From Eledone cirrhosa (taxonomy: Eukaryota), in assembly GCA_964016885.1 (NCBI GenBank), contig OZ024740.1, positions 432,388,001 to 432,452,000 of the forward strand: 64,000 bases of DNA, read 5' to 3'. This document shows, piece after piece, positions 1-10,922 of the stretch. The notes under the pieces were generated by a model. It was not told the DNA's origin. It saw only the letters and a program-made list of their open reading frames with translations, and did no database searches. The position numbers and the translations under genes were made by a program. How positions within the stretch are numbered: position 1 is the first letter of the stretch; every line of letters begins with the position of its first letter.

Positions 1-2365
1 ATATACATGGTACATGGTAGTTATCTCAAACCTAGTTATACATGGTACATGGTACAGTTATCTCAAACCTAGATCTACATGGTACAGTTATCTCAAACCT
101 AGTTATACATGGTACATGGTACAGTTATCTCAAACCTAGTTATACATGGTACATGGTACAGTTATCTCAAACCTAGTTATACATGGTACAGTTATCTCAA
201 ACCTAGTTATACATGGTACAGTTATCTCAAACCTAGATATACATGGTACAGTTATCTCAAACCTAGTTATACATGGTACAGTTATCTCAAACCTAGATAT
301 ACATGATACAGTTATCTAAAATCTAGTTATACATGGTACAGTTATCTCAAACCTAGTTATACATGGTACAGTTATCTCAAACCTAGTTATACATGGTACA
401 TGGTACAGTTATCTCAAACCTAGTTATACACGGTACAGTTATCTCAAACCCAGCTATACATGGTACATGGTACAGTTATCTCAAACCTAGTTATACATGG
501 TACAGTTATCTCAAAACTAGTTATACATGGTACAGTTATCTCAAACATAGTTATACATGGTACATGGTACAGTTATCTCAAACCTAGTTATACATGGTAC
601 ATAGTACAGTTATCTCAAACCTAGTTATACATGGTACAGTTATCTCAAACCTAGATATACATGGTACATGGTAGTTATCTCAAACCTAGTTATACATGGT
701 ACATGGTACAGTTATCTCAAACCTAGATATACATGGTACAGTTATCTCAAACCTAGTTATACATGGTACATGGTACAGTTATCTCAAACGTAGTTATACA
801 TGGTACATGGTACAGTTATCTCAAACCTAGTTATACATGGTACAGTTATCTCAAACCTAGTTATACATGGTACAGTTATCTCAAACCTAGATATACATGG
901 TACAGTTATCTCAAACCTAGTTATACATGGTACAGTTATCTCAAACCTAGTTATACATGGTACATGGTACAGTTATCTCAAACCTAGTTATACATGGTAC
1001 AGTTATCTCAAACCTAGTTATACATGGTACATGGTACAGTTATCTCAAACCTAGTTATACATGGTACAGTTATCTCAAACCTAGTTATACATGGTACAGT
1101 TATCTCAAACGTAGTTATACATGGTACATGGTACAGTTATCTCAAACCTAGTTATACATCGTACATGGTACAGTTATCTCAAACCTAGTTATACATGGTA
1201 CAGTTATCTCAAACCTAGTTATACATGGTACAGTTATCTCAAACCTAGTTATACATGGTACATGGTACAGTTATCTGAAACCTAGATATACATGGTACAT
1301 GGTACAGTTATCTCAAACCTAGTTATACATGGTACAGTTATCTCAAACTTAGTTATACATGGTACATGGTACAGTTATCTGAAACCTAGATATACATGGT
1401 ACAGTTATCTCAAACCTAGTTATACATGGTACATGGTACAGTTATCTCAAACCTAGTTATACATGGTACATGGTACAGTTATCTCAAACCTAGTTATACA
1501 TGGTACATGGTACAGTTATCTGAAACCTAGATATACATGGTACATGGTACAGTTATCTCAAACCTAGTTATACATGGTACAGTTATCTGAAACCTAGATA
1601 TACATGGTACAGTTATCTCAAACCTAGTTATACATGGTACAGTTATCTCAAACCTAGTTATACATTATACATGGTACAGTTATCTGAAACTTAGTTATAC
1701 ATTGTACAGTTATCTCAAACCTAGTTATACATGGTACAGTTATCTCAAACCTAGTTATACATGGTACATGGTACAGTTATCTCAAACCTAGTTATACATG
1801 GTACAGTTATCTGAAACCTAGATATACATGGTACAGTTATCTCAAACCTAGTTATACATGGTACAGTTATCTCAAACCTAGATATACATGGTACATGGTA
1901 CAGTTATCTCAAACCTAGTTATACATGGTACAGTTATCTCAAACCTAGTTATACATGGTACATGGTACAGTTATCTCAAACCGAGTTATACATGGTACAT
2001 GGTACAGTTATCTCAAACCGAGTTATACATGGTACAGTTATCTCAAACCTAGATATACATGGTACAGTTATCTCAAACCTAGATATACATGGTACAGTTA
2101 TCTCATACCTAGATATACATGGTACAGTTATCTCAAACCTAGTATGGTACATGGTACAGTTATCTCAAACCTAGATATACATGGTACAGTTATCTGAAAC
2201 CTAGTATGGTACATGGTACAGTTATCTCAAACCTAGATATACATGGTACAGTTATCTCAAACCTAGATATACATGGTACAGTTATCTCAAACCTAGATAT
2301 ACATGGTACAGTTATCACAAACCTAGTTATACATGGTACATGGTACAGTTATCTCAAACCTAGTT
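1..2365 (+). repeat. 30-bp minisatellite (ACATGGTACAGTTATCTCAAACCTAGTTAT) with a 37-bp variant carrying an extra ACATGGT; ~70 units, continues past window start
   Basis: Unit read directly. Variants are TAGTTAT/TAGATAT and CTCAAA/CTGAAA. The array ends at ...CAAACCTAGTT|GAGCAT (~2365). Confidence 0.98.
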
Positions 2366-3540
2366 GAGCATCTCAGTTAAAAGCTTGACCATTTTACGAA
2401 CCTCCTCCGCTATGATTTCTCTACTAGCTGGCCTAACCAACAGAATAGAATCTATAGACAGCACCACTTCTGCATGCATTCCAGATGCACCAAGAATTGA
2501 TGAAATGCATGTAGCTATCCAGAAACTGAAGAACAAGGTCCCAGCTGAAAATGGTTTATCTGTCAACATATTTAAACACTGTTCCAACATATTGGCACCC
2601 TGGCTGTACCATATAATCCTGTGCTTGGGACATGGAATGACCCCAACAACACTGAATTGATGCAGTTCTTCCCCCTTCATTCAATCTAACGGGGACATCA
2701 GTTTGAGATGTATATGTCTAAAATATTCACTGTCATTCTATTATGAAGATCTCAACACAAGTGTGATCAATGCACATTATCAAATCAGTGTGATCTTGGT
2801 CAGAAGCAATGCTACACAGATCAAATGGTCACCTTCGAAAGGATTCTGGAACACACTGAAGCAACTGACAACTACCTATTTACAACTTTAGGGCACACTT
2901 GGGGATGCCATGGTTGCAGATGATTACCTAATCTAATTAGAGACATTAGAAGTTTACACAAAAAAGGGCTCACTGTTGCAGCAAATAAACTAATTCCTTT
3001 GAAACTTGCTCAGATGTCCAGCTGAGCTGTGGTATATCTCCAGCTCAAATGTCCAGTATGGCTGTGATCTATCTCCAGCTATGCTGTTTACTAAATAGCA
3101 AAGCATGCTTTGAAGGATCCTACAGGCATCAATGTGGAACGAGACTTCACTGACCTTGACTATATCAATGACCTTGTAATAACTGGTAACAACTATAAGG
3201 ATGTCCAATCAGCTAGTGAATGCCACGTGTGTATCAATGTGGTCAAGATAAAGATAGTTTCTGCTGGCACCTCATACTCTGAAAGGGTTCTTGTTATATT
3301 CTATGGCAAGATTTTGGAAGAATTTCATCAATTCAAGTGTCTTGGCACTACAATCCCTACCACAGGCCAGTGTAAAAATGAGAGATACCAATATCAACCA
3401 TGTATGTACTAAATTGTTTCATCTTTACAGCCATCTTTGGTTCAGGTCAGAGGTCATCTAGCCACAAATATTGACATCTACCAAGCTCTCATTTACACCT
3501 TTCCTTCCTTTAGTATGGCTGCAAGATATGACCAGTCAGG
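2342..3540 (+). mobile_element. Decayed non-LTR retrotransposon (RTE-like LINE) reverse transcriptase region with stops and frameshifts
   Basis: Ordered degenerate motifs: DHFTNLL (~2387; W.EHF..LLN-like), PRIDEMHVAIQKLKNKVPAENGLSVNIFK...LAPWL (RT domain 0), VQYGCDLSPAMLF (~3050; VRQGC.LSP.LF), FTDLDYINDLVI (~3145; YADD region), INVVKIK, ILEEFHQFKCLG (F.YLG), IYQALI and YGCKI*PV (YGCETWP). Confidence 0.88.
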
Positions 3541-3704
3541 GGGGGGCAGCCTTACTCAAGTGGGCAATATTTGACCAGTGAGGAAGAGGACAGCCTTACA
3601 CAAGTTGGCAATATTTGACCAGTGAGGAAGAGGACAACCTTACACAAGTTGGCAATAGTTGACCAGTGAGGAGGACAGCCTTACACAAGTTGACAATATT
3701 TGAC
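3529..3704 (+). repeat. 44-bp tandem repeat, ~4 copies (TGACCAGTGAGGAAGAGGACAGCCTTACACAAGTTGGCAATATT)
   Basis: Units start at 3529, 3572, 3616 and 3660, with a partial TGAC at 3701. Confidence 0.95.
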
Positions 3705-3956
3705 TGTATGGAAATTGCATTCAAAACTTAATGTATGTATTTTTAATTCATTCACAAAGAGTTTCAGTTAACCAAGATAAACCCTAACTTGTGGCTATGG
3801 TGTATTTCTAATGAAAACATTAAACTTTCTATGGAAGCAACTCTGAACTGACCAATGTCTGACCACAATAACCTCCTGGTATTAATTTTACAAACCAGTC
3901 AGTTATACTAGATTATACTATAAATAATATAATACCTCTGAATATTAATATCTGTG

Positions 3957-4007
3957 TCATCATCGTTTAACATCCATTGTTCTACGCTAGCATGGGTTAT
4001 GTCACAA
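3957..4007 (-). mobile_element. 3' terminus of a dispersed retroelement with (TGA)n tail
   Basis: + strand reads TCATCATCGTTTAACATCCATTGTTCTACGCTAGCATGGGTT. Related copies at 5567, 6988 and, inverted, 4335-4405. Confidence 0.7.
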
Positions 4008-4334
4008 TGAAAGCTTCTGTTAACAGATGATTGTCACAAATACAGGTTACAACACAACACAATAGACATCATAAAGGATATGTCAAATATATTGTCTTGG
4101 TGAAATGTTTCCTTAAGAAACTCAATAGAATCAATGAAAAGTTGATCCATTTATACTGAGATTACAAATGTGGCACATAAAACCATATGTTACAGTATAA
4201 TATATTAAATTACAATAGTCTTCTTTAAAGAAAATAATACTATTTCTACTTAAAGAAAAATTCTATTTAATTTTTAAAAATCTTATTTATATAGATGGGA
4301 GAGAGAGATGTGGACTGCCAGCAAGTCAGGGAAG

Positions 4335-4405
4335 TCAGTAGACCTGCTTCAGTACTGACACACTGTGAAGACTTGTCCAACCATTACTACCAGGGAAAGC
4401 AGATG
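4335..4405 (+). mobile_element. Inverted degenerate copy of the same dispersed element end
   Basis: Reverse complement reads CTGCTTTCCCTGGTAGTAATGGTTGGACAAG...TCAGTACTGAAGCAGGTCTACTG. It shares TCAGTACTGAAGC.GG.CTACTG with ~5612-5635. Confidence 0.55.
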
Positions 4406-4610
4406 GTACTTCTTCACCCAACGATCATTGGCCATGCACATCACATGTCTGTACCAACGCAGTCTTCTCTCCTGCACACCACCTCAGATTCCTCTTAAAC
4501 CCAGCTTCTCCCTCAACACATCCAAGCTCTGCCTTTCTCTCACACATTGCTAATCCAATGGAGCATGGTGTTTCCTTTCTCGCCAGTCTATGCATGTCCT
4601 CTGCACATAT
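4406..4610 (-). mobile_element. RTE-type LINE C-terminal ORF fragment (decayed)
   Basis: Minus strand gives AEDMHRLARKE..MLHWISNV and VLREKLGLRGI*GGVQERRLRWYRHVMCM, matching the RRLRW.GHV.RM motif of RTE ORF C-termini. Confidence 0.8.
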
Positions 4611-4794
4611 ACATATAAGCTAGAAATAGTAGGTGATGCAAATGCTAATACCATATAAAACAACATGCAACTAAAGTAGGGCTGGATTACAAAGTGAAGA
4701 ATTTAATTTGTTGAATATGTAAAGCAAACCTAAGAAAAAGATAGCTTTTGAGAGATTGAAGTGGTTGTCTCAAAGTAAAGAACTGATAGTTATA

Positions 4795-4890
4795 ATAACT
4801 GTTTCTACTTTAGGTACAAGGCCAGCAATTCACCAGTGTATAACTGGTACTTTATTTTATAGACCCCGTAAGGATGAAAGGCAAGGGCCG
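4795..4890 (-). mobile_element. SINE fragment (central core plus 3' tail)
   Basis: Minus strand reads TTGCCTTTCATCCTTACGGGGTCTAT...AAGTACCAG...GGCCTTGTACCTAAAGTAGAAACAGTTATT. A related + copy lies at 7480-7592. The core resembles Meta-domain SINE cores (recall). Confidence 0.65.
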
Positions 4891-5130
4891 TAGCTCTATG
4901 TGCCAAAGCATGGCGTCTGAGTTATAATAACCAAAGTAGAAAAGACTAAAGAAAACCACAATTGTTACGGTTTAGTAGAGAAAATATTTAGGAATTAGTT
5001 AACAGAAAATAAACAATGTAGAGTTGAAAATGTAAGCAAAGCTTTACAAATATGGACTTTACCAACAGAAGAGACTCCATTCTGTTGAAACTTTGGCCAG
5101 TTTATCAATAATGTTAATACTGTATACTTA

Positions 5131-5385
5131 AAACCAACTGGCAGGAGACCCAAGGGTAAACCCTGAGTAAGATGGTTGGTTCAGCAGGAAACCCAGGGGT
5201 AGACCCTGAGGAGTAAGATGGTTGGATAATATCCATGAGCTTGGCTGATCACACTTGGGGATCCAACTAGATCAATTCGAGACATTCGCTTCTGACAGGA
5301 CTCGTTGGAAGGAGAGTTTGAGGACTCTGCCCCCACAATCTTCTCAAGAAGAAGAAGACAAAGAAAAAGAAAAAGAAGAGGAGAA
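5131..5385 (+). mobile_element. 5'-truncated RTE-type LINE 3' end with AAG-rich tail and an internal ~43-bp duplication
   Basis: KPTGRRP.G.P..RWLDNIHELG..HLGIQ..LRTLPPQ in pieces. Homologous to 6302-6550 and 12488-12656. 5141-5179 is duplicated at 5184-5225. Confidence 0.8.
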
Positions 5386-5454
5386 TGTTTTTACACATTG
5401 AAATATCTCAGATCTTCAACTGAAATTATCAAAATGAATTGAGTCAATAAAGCA

Positions 5455-5565
5455 ACTTCTATGTAGTGACTTAACCTGCTAGAATTAGCAGCCTAAATCT
5501 TCTTCAAAAGTTCATCAGACCATCATGAAAATGGATGATTATACTGAATAAATGTATTCCTAAAT
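5455..5565 (+). repeat. Dispersed repeat fragment (ACCTGCTAGAA.TAG.AGCC family)
   Basis: ACCTGCTAGAATTAGCAGCC at ~5474 matches ACCTGCTAGAAATAGTAGCC at ~15244. Confidence 0.55.
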
Positions 5566-5566
5566 A

Positions 5567-5640
5567 TCATCATTATCATTTAACATCCTCTTTCCCTACT
5601 AGCAGACCAAATCAGTACTGAAGCGGGGCTACTGCCTTTA
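5567..5640 (-). mobile_element. 3' terminus of dispersed (TGA)n-tailed retroelement
   Basis: TCATCATTATCATTTAACATCCTCTTTCCCTACTAGCA...TCAGTACTGAAGCGGGGCTACTG. Confidence 0.65.
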
Positions 5641-6301
5641 TCATGGCACCAGCACAAGGGAGGATGTCATGTGCTTAACACAACTGAAGGGCCCTCCCAA
5701 TCCAGTGTTTGGCACCAACCCTGAATATAATATGCCAAAAAAGGAAGATTGAATGATTAAAATGAATCAAGTGACAATCAATAAAATACCAAATTAAGTT
5801 TCCAATTGCATAACTTTATCAATTAAACTGAAATGACCAATTTTCTTGTTGATAGTTCTTGTTAAAGAACTCTCTCTACAACTTTTGAAATTCTTTACAT
5901 ATGATATTGATGCCACTTTGCTCCATATTTTCACTCATTACGACCAATATTAACCCCTCTACAGAGTCATACAACACAAGGGTAAGAAGTATCAACAAAA
6001 CAACTGTTATTCTATAAGGTTAGAGATAAATGTAATGGATACATTGTGAGTTGCTGGGCAACATACTCATAGTGAGGTTTAGCATAGAGATGATACACCA
6101 GAGTAATAAATAAATGATAGGTTACACCCTACCATCTAAATAATAAAGGACTTTACAGTAGCATAATCTTACATAAACTTTGGATTGAAAAAAGACCAGA
6201 CAGTCATGACTAGTACAGTATTGGTCAGTTTGATTAATAAACAAAAGTAGTACATAGACTGTTTAATATTGAGATTGGTTTATTACTGTGAATAACAGTA
6301 A

Positions 6302-6550
6302 CATGTGGTTCGAAGGTCTCAGTAAAGAATCATTGGACAGATTTTATGAGCAAAACCAACTGGCAGGAGAACCATGGGTTGACCCCAAACAAGATGGTGG
6401 GATAACATCCATGAGCTTGGCTGGTCTCGTTTGGGGATCCAGCCGGATCAATTGGAGAGAGTTGCTTCAGACAAGATATGCTGGAAGGAGTGTTTGAGGA
6501 CTCTGCCCCTACAGCTCTCTCAGGAATAAGTGGGCAAAGAAGACTTAGAA
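6302..6550 (+). mobile_element. RTE-type LINE 3' end (decayed)
   Basis: One frame with stops: HVVRRSQ*RIIGQIL*AKPTGRRTMG*PQTRWWDNIHELGWSRLGIQPDQLERVASDKICWKECLRTLPLQLSQE*. This fits the GHV.R...GRRP.GRP..RW.D C-terminal RTE signature. Confidence 0.85.
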
Positions 6551-6638
6551 GAACAGTAATATTTCATGTGATACTCTGACTATACCATAAAAGACATATT
6601 ACAATGTTATTTGTTCAAAAGAGTTATGGACAACTGAC

Positions 6639-6682
6639 CTTCATCCATGAGGTTACTTTCATTCATCATAAATATTTTCCAT
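6639..6682 (-). other. Candidate 44-nt spliced exon (possible start-codon exon, MMNESNLMDE...)
   Basis: Minus strand: CTAAT branch-like site ...TTTCTATAAAACAG | ATGGAAAATATTTATGATGAATGAAAGTAACCTCATGGATGAAG | GTCAGT. One frame is open throughout. Confidence 0.3.
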
Positions 6683-6722
6683 CTGTTTTATAGAAACTAA
6701 TGTAGATAATACTACCATTAGT

Positions 6723-6815
6723 TATATTAAAAATCTATGTGTGGTATAATTTATGAATTATAGGAGATATATTAAAAATCTATCTCCTATAATTCATAAA
6801 TTATACCACACATAG
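6723..6815. repeat. Perfect 35-bp inverted repeat (11-nt loop) overlapped by a 16-bp direct repeat
   Basis: 6735-6769 is the exact reverse complement of 6781-6815. TATATTAAAAATCTAT occurs at 6723-6738 and 6768-6783. Confidence 0.97.
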
Positions 6816-6987
6816 TATGTCCCCTCCCCACCATCAGACCTCATGTCAAGTAAGTACTTTCTTTACACCCCCCCCCCCCCCGCCTGAAATTCCCTCCCTC
6901 CTTCTGTCAACATGTAACTACTCAGGAACATTAACCATACAACTTTCAAGTCTCAGAGGAACTGTGAAAGTCATGAACACAGTCTCT

Positions 6988-7028
6988 TCATCATCATCAT
7001 CGTTTAACGTCTATCTTCCACGCTAGCA
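6988..7028 (-). mobile_element. Short 3' terminus of (TGA)n-tailed retroelement
   Basis: (TCA)4TCGTTTAACGTCTATCTTCCACGCTAGCA. Confidence 0.7.
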
Positions 7029-7479
7029 AACCAATAAACAGGACAGTCCATCTGGTCAAGGAATGACCCTGCATATAAAAATGTTATTCGGGGAAATGGA
7101 TGTCTCCTGTGATATATTCCAAAGTAGAATCCAAATCAACATTAGGTTATGAACTTGAAAAGTTCCTTATCGAAGAATTACTGTAATTACTGTAATCTAA
7201 ATACACCATTTCTTATACAAGCTAGAACATACACACATCATTATAATTACAATATCTCAGAATAATATATTTCTCTGTTTAAATGTTTTCACTTTCTTAC
7301 TAATCATATTTATGGAAGTAAATCTAATCCACATGCCACCACCATAAATGAAACTTAAGGTCTCGTAGTCCCAGCCAAAAGGTGGAGAAGACATTACCCT
7401 CGAACTACACCTGCAAGCAGCCAACTCTGCTCCTATAGCAGGGATGTAGTCCGGAAGCCAAGAACACTGGAAGTCTCCA

Positions 7480-7592
7480 CAAACCTTTATCCTTTTTGGG
7501 TCAATAATGTACCACCATTCTAGTCCTGGTGTCAGATTTAGTCAACTCCCTCTAAATTTAAGTCCTTGGGCCTATATAAGAAATTATTATTA
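7480..7592 (+). mobile_element. SINE fragment with (TTA)n tail
   Basis: CCTTTATCCTTTTTGGGTCAATAATGTACCA core and AAGTCCTTGGGCCTATATAAGAAATTATTATTA end. Related to 4795-4890 (opposite strand). Confidence 0.6.
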
Positions 7593-7652
7593 CTGTAATG
7601 CATTTCCCCCTTTATTCATTTAAGAGATCATTAGAAGTTCTGCCACTAATAT

Positions 7653-7820
7653 GGTACATTGAACTTTAACCCCTAAAAGTAATGCCCATGTAGTAGACAA
7701 GGTTCTGTCAGTTGGTACCTTGAACTTTTAGCTCCTAAAAATAGTGCCCATGTAGTAGACAAGGTTCTGTCAGTTGGTACCTTCAACTTTTAACCCCTAA
7801 AAGTAGTGTCCATGTAGTAG
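7653..7820 (+). repeat. 61-62-bp tandem repeat, ~2.7 copies
   Basis: GGTAC.TT.AACTTT...CCATGTAGTAGACAAGGTTCTGTCAGTT units at 7653, 7714 and 7776. Confidence 0.93.
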
Positions 7821-8971
7821 TTGAACTCTAAAATTTAGTCTAAAAAATGTGACTTTTACATGAGTATATAAGGTTTTTATCTTTTTAGTGCCACACCAAA
7901 AAAGTTATAATGGACAAACCAACATGGTACCAAGCAACTAACTGCCTAAGGAATCTGTTTTTTGTGTCATGTTTGTGGCTAAAACATTTAACTTTCAACA
8001 GTTTTGATTTAAGATAGAACGGTTTATTGATGTAAACAGTGATAGTTTTGTTGGATTATAGATGTGAGGTGAAGACTTCCTGTAAACATGAGCTACAGTT
8101 TAATACACATGGCTGGACTTGAAAAGGAAGTGGTCTTTAATCAGAACCATATATGGTGTACCACCACTGAAAGGTTTTCATAAGCTACCCACAACTTAAA
8201 GAATTGGCGAGTGCGAACGTAACATCAACAACCTGCCATCCATTCAAATTACATCCGTTTCTTTACAAGTCATATATTATTTAACAGTATAGTATTTAAA
8301 GTCTTTAAGAGTGTAAAGCTTTCTGTAGGCTAGTATTATCAGAAATTCTACCATTGATAAAATAATGAAGAAATATGAAGAATATTTATCATGTTAACAA
8401 TAATTTCTTTTATTCATTCATTTAAAGCTCTTAAAATAAGACTGGCACACGTTTATTTATCTATAGAGTGACCATAAATGAACTGTCATTGTAGAGGTTA
8501 AAATCATTGGTCACACATAAACAGACATTCTCACACTATGAGTAAAAGTAATGTAATTTTATTGGAATTATTTGGAGGAAAGGGTCAAGCAATTAAATAA
8601 GGACTCGGTGATAAGAGATTGTTAATAATAAAGTCGTCTATTGAAATTATTGTATTTCTGGTACACACAGGAACCAAAGTACAAACATGGTGCTAAGATA
8701 GAAATTCTTTTACTAATCTAATGGTTCCAATCTGATCTCGTTACGATTGAAAATACCACTGATTTTATAATAATGAGAGTATTTCACAGTAAATAAACCA
8801 AAAGAAAGACATTTTATAAAGAATTAAATATATATTCGGCAATTACAGAACCATCTAATATGTTTCATTTAAGAATTCTAAAAAAAAACAACCCATTATT
8901 GTTTGAAGAGAAATCAACGCCCGGCGAAATATGATAGTCTAATGAGAACAGAACCCAATTTCTTTGCAATA

Positions 8972-9034
8972 TCTACTTTGGTACCATGCTGTTCCCCTGG
9001 GGGGTCTACTTTGGTACCATGCTGATCCGGGGGG
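8972..9034 (+). repeat. 33-bp tandem duplication
   Basis: TCTACTTTGGTACCATGCTG.TCC...GGGGGG at 8972 and 9005. Confidence 0.9.
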
Positions 9035-9310
9035 AGTGACTTTGTTATTCAACCACCTGAGGTACGGGTGGGGGCAATAATATAAGTATCAGTAATATAA
9101 TGAAATAAAATTTGGTCTTGTAAACTAATCAAAAGAAGTTATTATCATTGTATATTTGTGATGACCAACATCACTTTAAAAGGTATTTGTTGAAGTAAAA
9201 AGTTCCATTGCATATTTTCCAAACCAACCAAATTTTCTCACATGTAGAATTACCTTTTATTTCTTAAAAAAAAAATACATATCCGGCAATTCATTGCAAT
9301 ATATACATAT

Positions 9311-9384
9311 GATATATAATATTTTGTGCGTATATATAATCTTTTGTGTGTATATATAATCTTTTGTGTGTATATATAATCTTT
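9311..9384 (+). repeat. 20-bp tandem repeat, ~3.7 copies
   Basis: TATATATAATCTTTTGTGTG units. Confidence 0.9.
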
Positions 9385-9493
9385 CGAACACTTATTCGTC
9401 TGTTTTAAACTAATTATGAGCTGAGGATTTTAGTGTGAATGGAGCTTCTCTCACCTTACCAAAGATAATAGAATACTCCACTAGTCACATAAT

Positions 9494-9860
9494 ACACACA
9501 CACACACATATATATGGTAATGTATACACACATATATATGTGTGTATATACATATATGTGTGTATACATATATATGTGTGTGTGTATATATATATATGTT
9601 GTTTTTTTTTGGAGCCCCTACATGGACACACTAGAAGAGGAAGACCAAGGTTAACATATGTTGATGCCCTAAGGACAGACACTGGTCTGTTGGAGATGCA
9701 GGATATGGCAGCGATAATGAGGGACAGAGACCGCTGGAGAGAACTCGTCCATGGATCTCGGGAATTTTACCCGCCTTAGATAGATAGATAGATAGATATA
9801 TATGTATGTGTATACATATATGTGTGTGTATACATATATATATATATACATATATAGATA
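9494..9860. repeat. Compound (CA)/(TA)/(TG)/(TAGA) microsatellite interrupted by a LINE end
   Basis: Read directly. Confidence 0.95.
9610..9797 (+). mobile_element. Heavily 5'-truncated RTE-like LINE 3' end with uninterrupted ORF end and (TAGA)n tail
   Basis: EPLHGHTRRGRPRLTYVDALRTDTG...MRDRDRWRELV...* (P.HG...RGRP..TY.D.L..DTG...M.DR..W motif). The stop codon runs straight into (TAGA)5. Confidence 0.85.
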
Positions 9861-10265
9861 ATTAAAATCTTTCAAAGAGCTTTAATTTTTAAGGAGAATG
9901 TATGCTCTACATATTCTCTATGGTATTTCAACAGTAAGTCTAATAAATGTGTTATCGATACACATGACGTTGACAGAATCAATCCTGAGATATAGTCCAA
10001 ATTCGATGTGTAACAATCATTGAATTACTGATCAATTCAAAATCGCCATCAATACCCATTGAGAACATCTTTTACCTTAGTTTACAACCAAATTACAGAA
10101 AGATGAAATATAGTTGATGTAATGAGTAGTGAAATATGTCGATGTTCGGTTGAGTTATGGAAGTTTAGGAGGAATACTGAGAAGCTAAGCTGTCAGTTAA
10201 ATGTTTATCGTGACGGGTTCTGTTACAATTTGGGACACACCTACACAGGTGATTTTTTTACAATT

Positions 10266-10384
10266 ATATATATATATATATATATATATATCATGTTTAA
10301 TATAGAAATGGCTTCTACAGGACTATAACTGTTTCTACTAATGTATTGAGTACCTTACTGTGGTTACCCTCCGATTGCACCCGT

Positions 10385-10440
<56 letters not shown>
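10266..10440. repeat. Two (TA)n microsatellites (10266-10290; 10388-10440)
   Basis: Read directly. Confidence 0.95.
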
Positions 10441-10444
<4 letters not shown>

Positions 10445-10922
10445 AAGTAAACAGAGCTGTCTTTGAAGTTTCCCAACGTTGACAATATGTTAATCATAAT
10501 ACAGAACGACGAACCACGTTTAAAAAGAAAACTACTAAGAAAATAAGATCGAAGCATTTATTTTATTATAATATACTTATAATAAATATATTTCTTCTTC
10601 TTTATTATTATTTGTTGTAATTAATGAAATATTTAATTAAAACTAGTGATATATTGTATGAGAAATGTGTTAAAAGGTGGTTTATCAGATACAATATGTG
10701 AGGCATAAGATGTCTTCTGATAGTATCAACACGTAGACAAGTAGAAACCACCTTAACGCGGCTGTTTTAGATGACGTAAAGGTAAGATATAAATATTATC
10801 AATTAAATAATATTTCAACTGAGGATATTATTTAGAAAACTAAGCAAATCTTTGTGAAGAGAAACCTCACTGTTTCTGACAGTTGTTTGAAATATTGTCT
10901 GAATTCTAGTGGTTAGTTGTGG

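Noticed and set aside
1-2365. Short repetitive ORFs, CRISPR or telomeric repeat
   Set aside because: Pure tandem unit without spacers or a TTAGGG-like motif. The ORFs are by-products of the repeat.
2364-3412. ORFs 2364-2660 and 3110-3412 as host genes or an active RT
   Set aside because: They are fragments of one decayed LINE. The catalytic YADD is degraded to YIND, with multiple stops and frameshifts.
5055-5092. Possible 19-nt minus-strand microexon (CAG|AATGGAGTCTCTTCTGTTG|GTAAAG) inside an 8-bp hairpin
   Set aside because: Weak donor and too short to distinguish from chance.
7830-7875. Possible Tc1/pogo-type terminal inverted repeat (GACTTTTACATGAGTATATAAGGT)
   Set aside because: No convincing partner TIR found in the window.
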